64,000 nt of DNA from the NCBI GenBank assembly GCA_038256525.1, contig JBBSKF010000002.1, positions 6,563 to 70,562 on the forward strand, read 5' to 3'. How positions within the stretch are numbered: the stretch's first letter is position 1; every line of letters begins with the position of its first letter. This DNA is from Mycobacteriales bacterium (GTDB lineage: Bacteria > Actinomycetota > Actinomycetes > Mycobacteriales > SCTD01). Position numbers and translations under genes: made by a program. Shown here piece after piece: positions 55,810 through 64,000 of the stretch. Below the pieces are notes generated by a model. The model did not search any database. It saw only the letters and a program-made list of their open reading frames with translations, and was not told the origin of the DNA.

Positions 55810-55980
55810 GACGGTCCTTTCAAGCGGTACGGAGGGTGCTGTCGGCGCATACCGTCCCCCACGCGGACGAGCTCATGCCTGCGGGTAGGCGAACTCGAGC
55901 CGAGGGGGTGGTCGCGAGTCGGCTCAAGAACTCCTGGCTCCCGCCGATATCCCGCCAAACGTCTACGGGAGGAACGGGAA

Positions 55981-56673
55981 ATGCTGGAGCACGCGACGTA
56001 CATCGACAGGTTGTTGGCCGCGGCAGTCGGGGTGACACTCGCCCTCGGCATGGCTGCCAGCGCCGGCGCCCTGCCCGGCCCGGCCGTCGACAGTACGGGT
56101 CGGGCCGACGTGGTTGCGGACGTCGTGGCGGTCGAGGCGGCCCCGATCGTGACCCCGGTCGAGCTTCCCGTGCCGGCTCCACCGCCGGCTCCCGTCGCGC
56201 CCCTGCCCGTCGCTGCGCCCCCCGTCACGGCGGCAGCGCAGCCGGCCCGCGCCGCGGCTGCGGCGAAGAAGGCTCCGGTGACGGTGGCGAAGACCCAGGC
56301 CCGACCGGTCGCCGCTCCCGCCCCCGCGGCGGCGATTCCGGCAGTGCTTCCGGCAACGGCCGCCGTTCCGGCGGCGGTCGCGACCGTGGCCCGCCGGACC
56401 CCGTCGTCCGACGAGATCAAAGCCACGATCAGCGAGCTCAAGCGTCAGGTGGGCGGACTGCTGCGGTTCGTGTCTCCCAGTACGGACCAGATCAACCAGG
56501 CCGGGGACCAGGTGTGCACGGGCTTTGACAACGGGGAGACGTTCGCGCAGGTCAAGGCCAACGGTCTGTCCGTGATGCCGGACTCGGTCGACGTGTCACC
56601 GGCCACCGCCGACTGGGCCGTCCGGCAGCTCGTGACCATGTACTGCCCAGGCCATGCAGGCAAGCTTGCCTGA
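55981..56673 (+). CDS. Secreted Pro/Ala-rich protein with a two-Cys DUF732-like C-terminal domain
   Basis: Internal ATG of track ORF 54850-56673 (GGGAGGAACGGGAA upstream): MLEHATYIDRLLAAAVGVTLALGMAASAGA..., a PA-rich linker, then ...AGDQVCTGFDNGETFAQV...AVRQLVTMYCPGH. Confidence 0.65.
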   Translation: MLEHATYIDRLLAAAVGVTLALGMAASAGALPGPAVDSTGRADVVADVVAVEAAPIVTPVELPVPAPPPAPVAPLPVAAPPVTAAAQPARAAAAAKKAPVTVAKTQARPVAAPAPAAAIPAVLPATAAVPAAVATVARRTPSSDEIKATISELKRQVGGLLRFVSPSTDQINQAGDQVCTGFDNGETFAQVKANGLSVMPDSVDVSPATADWAVRQLVTMYCPGHAGKLA

Positions 56674-56679
56674 GCGAGG

Positions 56680-57591
56680 TCAGTAGCCGGCGTCCAGATC
56701 GACGGTGCCGAGCAGCGGCCGGCCGGCCCCGAACCGGAGCACGTTGTCGTGGACGCGTCGCGCCAGGAGCGGCTGCGCGGTCTGCCACGGGTTGGCGGTG
56801 TGCGGCGTGATGAGGCAGTTCGGCAGGGACCACAACGGATGCCCGTCAGGGAGCGGCTCGGGATCGGTGACGTCGAGCGCCGCTCCCCCGATCGCCCCGT
56901 CCTGAAGCGCAGTGACCAGGGCGCCCGTGTCGACATGGCGGCCGCGCGCCACGTTGACGAGCCACGCCGAGGTGGACATGGCGGCCAGCTGGCGATGGCT
57001 GATGACGTGCGTCGTCTCCGGCGTGAGCGCAAGCGCCAGCACCACGACCAGTGCGTCGGCGAGCACCTCGTCCAGCCGTTCGGGGCGGACGGTCCGGGAC
57101 GCTCCACGCATCTGCTCCGGGGTGCGCCGCACGACTGTCACGGCACACCGGAAGGGCGCCAGCAGCTCCAGCAGCGAAGCGGTGATGCCACCACCGCCCA
57201 GGACGACCACCGGCGCGTCGTACAGCGTGGTCACGCCCTGCCCACCCCATGACGTCGCACGCGCTCGGGCCGGCAGCTGCCGGAGCCCGGCCAGGGCGAG
57301 TGCCAACGCGTGCTCGGCGGTCGGCTCGGAGTAGGCGCCCTTGGCGCAGGTCCACGTCCGGGAGCGATCCAGCACCTCGACGAAGCCCTCGACACCCGCG
57401 AACGGCAGCTGCACCCACCTGGCGGTCGGTGCGGCGCGGACGGCAGCGACCAGTCCGGCCACATCGCCAGGCTCGCCCCACACCAGCACATCGGGTGCGT
57501 CGTCGAGGTCGACGATCTGTCCGCCGGCCGAACGGACCGCCGCAGCAACCGGTTCGGACGCAACGGGAGCGAGCGCGACCCTGGGCGTCAC
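56680..57591 (-). CDS. D-isomer-specific 2-hydroxyacid dehydrogenase family protein
   Basis: C-terminal 303 aa of track ORF 56680-58044. Motifs: VVVLGGGGITASL (NAD fold), LVNVARG, ALDVTDPEPLP, LITPHTA. The start is taken as GTG 57589-57591; other starts are possible. Confidence 0.8.
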   Translation of the reverse strand: MTPRVALAPVASEPVAAAVRSAGGQIVDLDDAPDVLVWGEPGDVAGLVAAVRAAPTARWVQLPFAGVEGFVEVLDRSRTWTCAKGAYSEPTAEHALALALAGLRQLPARARATSWGGQGVTTLYDAPVVVLGGGGITASLLELLAPFRCAVTVVRRTPEQMRGASRTVRPERLDEVLADALVVVLALALTPETTHVISHRQLAAMSTSAWLVNVARGRHVDTGALVTALQDGAIGGAALDVTDPEPLPDGHPLWSLPNCLITPHTANPWQTAQPLLARRVHDNVLRFGAGRPLLGTVDLDAGY

Positions 57592-57689
57592 CTGTGCGTC
57601 CGGGGCACCATGACAGCAGCCTCCCACCCGCAGGCGGCGCAGGGCGGGCGGGGAGACACCTCGTACGTGCTGCAGGGCACAGTGGTGCG

Positions 57690-58442
57690 GTGCCCCCCTC
57701 CGCCTCCACCGTCCTGCTGCTCGGCGCGCGCAGCGAGATCGGCGGTCGGGTCGCCGAGCGTCTCGTGCACGCAGGGGCGACGACAGTCCTGCTGGGCGCG
57801 AGGGGCAGCGCCGGCACCGACCATCTGGAGACCCGCCTCCGGGCCCTCGGCGCTTCGACCGTGCTGCCCCTGCCCTTCGATGCCGACGACCTTGCGGAGT
57901 CACGCCGGATCCTCGAGCAGGTCGAGCTGGACCACGGGCCGCTCGACGTCGTGCTGCTCTGCTTCGGCGTGCTGGGTGACCAGCAGGAAGCCGAGCGGGA
58001 CGCGGCAGCCGCGGTATCGGTGGTGCACACCGACTACGTCGCACAGGTCAATGCCCTGACTGTGCTGGCTCAGCGGATGCGGGCGCGGGGCACCGGGACG
58101 CTCGTGGTCTTCTCGTCGGTGGCGGGGGTGCGCGTGCGACGGGCCAATTATGTGTACGGGTCGGCGAAGGCCGGACTCGACGGCTTCGCCAGCGGGCTGG
58201 GCGACAGCCTCGCGGGCACCGGCGTAGGAGTGCTCGTCGTGCGCCCCGGCTTCGTGATCGGTCGCATGACGGAGGGCATGAAACCGGCGCCCTTCGCCAG
58301 CGATCCCGATGCGGTGGCTGCCGCTGTGGTCGCGGCGTTGCACCGCGGCGCAGGCACCGTCTGGGTGCCGGCGAGCCTGCGCTGGGTCTTCGCCGGACTG
58401 CGGCTGCTGCCCCGGGCGCTGTGGCGGCGGATGCCGCGATGA
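57690..58442 (+). CDS. Short-chain dehydrogenase/reductase, DprE2-like
   Basis: C-terminal 250 aa of track ORF 57249-58442: VPPSASTVLLLGARSEIGGRVAERL..., YVYGSAKAGLDGF (YxxxK), and C-terminus VWVPASLRWVFAGLRLLPRALWRRMPR. These closely parallel mycobacterial DprE2 (TVLLLGGTSEIG...; [27 protein letters not shown]) as I recall it. Confidence 0.75.
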   Translation: MPPSASTVLLLGARSEIGGRVAERLVHAGATTVLLGARGSAGTDHLETRLRALGASTVLPLPFDADDLAESRRILEQVELDHGPLDVVLLCFGVLGDQQEAERDAAAAVSVVHTDYVAQVNALTVLAQRMRARGTGTLVVFSSVAGVRVRRANYVYGSAKAGLDGFASGLGDSLAGTGVGVLVVRPGFVIGRMTEGMKPAPFASDPDAVAAAVVAALHRGAGTVWVPASLRWVFAGLRLLPRALWRRMPR

Positions 58443-58601
58443 ACCTGCCCTCCCGGCCTGAAGAGGCACTCATGACAAGTCCGGGTTTCTCACGCTTGCC
58501 CACGGTCTTGCGCTTCTGTACGGTCGGCTCCAGGCGACCTGACACGCCCCGGCGCCGGGACCATTGATGGGGGCTCAGCGCGCTGCTGACGCACGGGGGG
58601 A

Positions 58602-58988
58602 ATGATCGAGAAGAAGGCGTGGCTCAACGAGCACCGGACGAGCGTCGTCGTCGCCCTCATCGGATTGGTCGGCGTGTTGGCCATTCCCATCATTGCGGTC
58701 GTCGCTGACGACAAGGAGGCCGAGCCCTCGCCTTCGCGCACGGTCTTGCTCAGCCCATCGTCAGGAGCGCCAGGGACCAATGTCCGGGTGACGGGCAGCA
58801 ACTGGACCAAGGATGTCGAGGCACGAGTCGAGATCCAGGGGAACGTCCTCGATGTCGGCACCGTGTCGGACGGAGGCTTGGTCGCGGACATTCGGATCTC
58901 CCCGCAAGCGCCGATCGGCAACTACCGCGTGGATGTGATCGGCGAGCAATCCGGCGAGCGAGCGACCGTGACCTTCACCGTTCGCTAG
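58602..58988 (+). CDS. Membrane-anchored hypothetical protein with an IPT/TIG-like Ig-fold ectodomain
   Basis: 128-aa track ORF. TM helix VVVALIGLVGVLAIPIIAVVA, then LLSPSSGAPGTNVRVTGSNW...YRVDVIGEQSGERATVTFTV. Local GC is lower than the surroundings. Confidence 0.6.
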   Translation: MIEKKAWLNEHRTSVVVALIGLVGVLAIPIIAVVADDKEAEPSPSRTVLLSPSSGAPGTNVRVTGSNWTKDVEARVEIQGNVLDVGTVSDGGLVADIRISPQAPIGNYRVDVIGEQSGERATVTFTVR

Positions 58989-59072
58989 CTGATTCAGTGC
59001 CGGGATCCGGTTGTCGCGCTCAACGGCTGTACGAGTCTCTGCCGGACGACGCGGTCGGGCAGCGCAGCCCGA

Positions 59073-59087
59073 CTTGATTCATTCAAG
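59073..59087. promoter_or_regulatory. Inverted repeat CTTGA-TTCAT-TCAAG immediately upstream of furA (candidate FurA auto-operator)
   Basis: Plus strand: gaCTTGAttcatTCAAGaaaATG. It ends 3 nt before the furA ATG, and no Shine-Dalgarno sequence is visible between them. Confidence 0.35.
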
Positions 59088-59090
59088 AAA

Positions 59091-59564
59091 ATGGGCAAGA
59101 CTCGTCCCGTGCCGAGCCCCACGGATGCCGAGAGCTTGCTGCGAGGGGCCGCCCTGCGCGTGACGCGCCCCCGGCTCGCCGTGCTGGCTGCCGTGCACGG
59201 GCGACCGCACGCCGACACCGACGCGATCCTGTCCGCCGTGCGGACCGAGCTCGCCGCCGTGTCCCACCAGGCCGTCTACAACGTCCTGCGGGCGTTGACC
59301 GACGCCGGGCTGGTGCGCCGCATCCAGCCCGCCGGCTCCGTGGCGCGCTACGAGCTGCGTGTCGGTGACAACCATCACCACGTCGTCTGCCGCTCGTGCG
59401 GGGCGATCGCCGACGTCGACTGCGCCGTCAGCGAGACCCCCTGCCTCACCGCCTCGGACGACAACGGCTACGCGATCGACGAGGCCGAGGTCGTCTACTG
59501 GGGCCGCTGTCCCACCTGCGCGACCGCCTGCCTGACGCCCGAAGCAACCCGTACCGCCCCCTGA
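59091..59564 (+). CDS. furA: Fur-family transcriptional regulator FurA (peroxide-responsive, katG-linked)
   Basis: 157-aa track ORF: ...LRVTRPRLAVLAAV...HQAVYNVLRALTDAGLVRRI...HHHVVCRSCGAIADVDC..., 12 nt upstream of katG. This is the conserved actinobacterial furA-katG arrangement. Confidence 0.9.
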   Translation: MGKTRPVPSPTDAESLLRGAALRVTRPRLAVLAAVHGRPHADTDAILSAVRTELAAVSHQAVYNVLRALTDAGLVRRIQPAGSVARYELRVGDNHHHVVCRSCGAIADVDCAVSETPCLTASDDNGYAIDEAEVVYWGRCPTCATACLTPEATRTAP

Positions 59565-61760
<2,196 letters not shown>

Positions 61761-61815
61761 CGCCCGGTGGACGCCCCGGCCTGCCGCCACCGTGGAGCGG
61801 GCCGGTCGCCCTGGT

Positions 61816-62097
61816 TCACCGGGGCACCCCCGTGGCTCTCAGCTTGGCGATGACCCTTCGTGCGGCCAGCTCACGGCGGATGTCCTGTTGGTCGGTCGCG
61901 TCGTGGAGCAGCTGCTCACAGACCTGCATGCTCACCTGGTGATCAGCCGGCCCCTCCAGAAGGCGCCAGGCTGCTTTCAGTCGCTCGTGTGAGAACGCGA
62001 TCCGCTCGTCGCGCGGCTCTGTCGGTGCCGTTTGGTCGAACTCGGCGGAGTCGATGAGATCGGTGAACACCTGTCGGATGCGCTTCTCGGTAGCCAT
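61816..62097 (-). CDS. Hypothetical protein (93 aa)
   Basis: Tail of track ORF 61816-62394 from ATG 62095-62097: MATEKRIRQVFTDLIDSAEFDQTAPTEPRDERIAFSHERLKAAWRLLEGPADHQVSMQVCEQLLHDATDQQDIRRELAARRVIAKLRATGVPR. The upstream part of the track ORF is Pro/Arg-rich and non-protein-like. Confidence 0.5.
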   Translation of the reverse strand: MATEKRIRQVFTDLIDSAEFDQTAPTEPRDERIAFSHERLKAAWRLLEGPADHQVSMQVCEQLLHDATDQQDIRRELAARRVIAKLRATGVPR

Positions 62098-62151
62098 GCC
62101 GGCGATCTTCCCCCGCGCGCGGTCCTTCCGCGTGGCTTGCGCCGGAGACCG

Positions 62152-62179
62152 TGGCGGGGGCGGTGGGATTTGAACCCTG
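62152..62179 (-). other. tRNA 3'-end-like remnant (T-loop + acceptor strand + CCA), not a foldable tRNA
   Basis: Reverse strand: CAGGG-TTCAAAT-CCCAC-CGCCCCC-G-CCA. This is the canonical T-loop and a terminal CCA, but only 3 of the 5 T-stem pairs form, and no matching 5' acceptor strand, D-arm or anticodon arm lies upstream. Confidence 0.4.
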
Positions 62180-62713
62180 AAAGGCCCTGCGGCGTGGTGG
62201 CCGACGGGGTCCTGGCGGGCTCCCCGCCCCGGAGCACGACGCTTCTCGGTGACGGGCAGAGTCGGTCTCTGGCCGCACCGGCCTGCCCAGATCCCGGAGC
62301 GGGAGGACGAAGGCGGCGGAGCTGTCAGCTCGCACCCTGACGGGTGTGTGCACTTCGGGCCGCATGCAGCAGCCGCCAAAGCGCGCTTCTGCATCGTCCG
62401 CTAGTGCTGGTTAGCCGCTGAAGGCACGGGCCTACAGCCGGAGGTCCCGTACCTCCTCGACCTCGACCTCGAGCCTCAGGGCTCGGGCATGTTTGCCGAG
62501 AAGGCTCTGCACGGTCAGGATGCCGTCCACGACCGTCTTCAACGGGGTCGCAGACCGTAGCAACACGACCAGCACACGAGATCATTGATGCGTCATCAGC
62601 CTGTGGCCGTTAGCGGCCACAGGCTGCCGATCTCTCTCTGCCTCAAGTCAAGCGGCTTGCCGATCAGGTGCAGACGCGCACGCCACGACACCAATGCCTC
62701 AGTCCGGTGATAG

Positions 62714-63409
62714 CTACGGATGAACGGTTGCCTTCAAGTCTTCGGCGATGTCGTCGAGCAACAGCCGTCCCGGCCCTTCGTACAACGCGCTCAGCCCAGG
62801 GGGCTGCAGCGTCCAGGTCCGTCTCCCGGAGGGGTATCGGTCACCGTAGAGGATCAGCACTTCGACCGGGCCAGCGCCGGCGAGCTCGGCTTGCCGACTG
62901 TGCCATACGATGCCGTCGATCTTCGGCGTGACGTGTGCATGAAGTTCGGCTGCGATACGCCGCGTGCAGGGGTAGTGCTCGGCCGGACTTGATGTGAGAC
63001 TGTCGCGGCTGATCCCGAGCAGGCCGAGTTCAGGGTCGCGCAGGTCAGCAACGACTGCAGCGCTCGGCATCTCAGCGCGGCTTAGCAGGCGCCCCAGAAG
63101 GTCGCGCTCGTAGATCACACGCCCCGCGGCGTGGTGCACGTCGTGAAAGACCGTCTCCAGCAGCGCGGCCGTTTCGGTCGCGGCCAGGTACATCGCCGGA
63201 ACTCGGTCGCCGGACGTCAGGTCGTCGAACGGCGCGAAGCGGGTGTCGCCGAACCCAGGGTTGTGCTCGTCATAGCCGTACGCGCCGTCGTAAACCCGAT
63301 ACAGGGGCACGCCAGCCGGCAGCGTCACAACCGAGACCCCCGGAGCCGCAGGGATCACAGGACAGCCCGACAGATCCGGGCAGGTCACATCGGCCGGCGG
63401 GAAGGCCAC
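62714..63409 (-). CDS. RES-domain toxin (RES-Xre/MbcT-type NAD+-degrading toxin family)
   Basis: 231-aa track ORF with the R-E-S signature residues in context: GFGDTRFAPF (R), LLETVFHD (E), GIVWHSRQ (S). The GTG start is 7 nt after the upstream antitoxin stop. Confidence 0.85.
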   Translation of the reverse strand: MAFPPADVTCPDLSGCPVIPAAPGVSVVTLPAGVPLYRVYDGAYGYDEHNPGFGDTRFAPFDDLTSGDRVPAMYLAATETAALLETVFHDVHHAAGRVIYERDLLGRLLSRAEMPSAAVVADLRDPELGLLGISRDSLTSSPAEHYPCTRRIAAELHAHVTPKIDGIVWHSRQAELAGAGPVEVLILYGDRYPSGRRTWTLQPPGLSALYEGPGRLLLDDIAEDLKATVHP

Positions 63410-63416
63410 GATCTTG

Positions 63417-64000
63417 TCAGCCGCTACGAGGAGCCACGAAGCGGCTGACCGCCTTTAGCGCCCGCTCCGGAGCGCTCGCTGCCACATCCGCAGGAATCTG
63501 CCCTGACAGAAAGCTCGTCGGTTTCGTCAGCCACGTCCACATCGACCACGGATCTACGTCGTTTTCCGCTAGCGCCACGATTAGCGGCTGCAGCTCCGGC
63601 CTGGGCTCACCGGTTTCGTCGAACTGGAAAGCCGGAATCACCGTCCTGCCGGCATGCATGATTGTGAAGACAAGGTGGCGCGCCCGCGCTCGAGACAGCC
63701 ACGTGCGGGTTGCAGATTCCTTCGCATCGCCGCGCAGCTCCTGCAGCGTCTCATGTGTAAAGACAGGCGTGGCGAGCAGCGCATCGCGCGCGAGAGCGAG
63801 CCGGCGCGCCTGCGCGACTGTGGCCGGCGGCGTCAGGCTGATCTCGCTGGCCATGAGTGCCTGCACAAGTTCAGCGCGCTTCAAGCGCGCCTGATCAGCC
63901 TGCAGCAAACGGACGTTGGCCAGCAGCCGCAAAGCGCTCGCGATGTCCTCGCGTCCAATGCCTCGGATCTCGACATGATCGTCGTGGTCTTCGATCGCGT
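63417..64000 (-). CDS. Xre/MbcA/ParS-type antitoxin with a C-terminal DUF2384 toxin-binding domain (5' end uncertain; frame open to the window edge)
   Basis: Track ORF 63417-63932, but the frame stays open to position 64000 (upstream in-frame: AIEDHDDHVEIRGIGREDIASA-LRLLANV...). The C-terminus WTWLTKPTSFLSGQIPADVAASAPERALKAVSRF fits the DUF2384 pattern and sits directly upstream of a RES gene. Confidence 0.75.
   Translation of the reverse strand, partial: AIEDHDDHVEIRGIGREDIASALRLLANVRLLQADQARLKRAELVQALMASEISLTPPATVAQARRLALARDALLATPVFTHETLQELRGDAKESATRTWLSRARARHLVFTIMHAGRTVIPAFQFDETGEPRPELQPLIVALAENDVDPWSMWTWLTKPTSFLSGQIPADVAASAPERALKAVSRFVAPRSG

Noticed and set aside
54850-55980. First ~377 aa of the 607-aa plus-strand ORF 54850-56673.
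   Set aside because: It overlaps the regulator gene in another frame and runs antisense to the ABM gene, and the sequence is Arg/Pro/Gly-rich. Only the part from the ATG at 55981 (strong RBS, signal peptide) looks real.
62098-62420. Possible tRNA, tRNA-Sec or tmRNA gene, because of GGGTTCAAATCCC...GCCA on the reverse strand.
   Set aside because: I could not build a cloverleaf. The T-stem has only 3 pairs. No complementary 5' acceptor strand exists for CGCCCCC; a GGGGCGG about 70 nt upstream pairs only in a shifted register that leaves no proper discriminator or CCA. There is no D-arm or anticodon arm. There is no G3:U70, no tag-peptide reading frame ending in a stop, and no tmRNA 5' consensus. 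I kept it only as a remnant.

Overview
This is a very GC-rich, actinobacterial-style chromosomal window (GC not computed; taxon is inference). (1) The left 58% (1 to about 37.2 kb) is, by my own reverse-strand translation, one uninterrupted open reading frame of at least 12,400 codons. Its 5' end is near 37.2 kb and its 3' end lies beyond position 1. It is missing from the supplied ORF track because it has no in-window stop. The huge plus-strand 'ORFs' listed there (up to 3,270 aa) and the Arg-rich minus-strand ones are shadow frames of this gene. Read N- to C-terminally, the product has these parts: a signal peptide; a Gln/Ala coiled-coil-like stretch; a small metzincin-like HEVGHVLGLEH module; a Pro/Thr linker; an Ala/Thr/Gly-rich region; more than 25 copies of an unrecognised ~113-aa beta-rich repeat ('PAGPYLRV ... 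GQxLTGD ... NTT'), interrupted by two FG-GAP/VCBS propeller-like blocks; about 9 beta-sandwich-like modules around a unique ~0.8-kaa insert; and a region with more than 20 GxGxD(D/N)x Ca-binding-like motifs. Directly upstream on the same strand are a processive GT2 glycosyltransferase (QRLRW), a 77-aa tail-anchored protein ending in an LPFTG-TM-basic signal, a lipoprotein esterase, and possibly a tiny acidic lipoprotein. Together these look like an undescribed cell-surface or matrix module. (2) 40.8-53.5 kb is a minus-strand operon. It encodes a PrmABCD/MimABCD-type soluble di-iron monooxygenase with its known accessories (amidohydrolase, DUF59 protein, Zn-ADH, dedicated GroEL). It is unusually extended, through 4-nt start/stop overlaps, by a hypothetical protein, a TAT-exported two-domain multicopper oxidase, a ZIP permease with an extra N-terminal domain, and a TAT Rieske lipoprotein. 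A divergent GAF/AAA+/HTH activator with degenerate ATPase motifs and two related palindromes flank the promoter region. (3) The right end holds housekeeping-type genes (ABM monooxygenase, secreted Pro/Ala-rich protein, 2-hydroxyacid dehydrogenase, DprE2-like SDR, furA-katG). After a lower-GC gap containing a tRNA-3'-end-like remnant comes a RES-Xre toxin-antitoxin pair that runs to the window edge. I found no rRNA, no intact tRNA, no CRISPR array and no transposase. All coordinates of domains inside the giant ORF are approximate (about +/-50 nt) because they come from hand translation.
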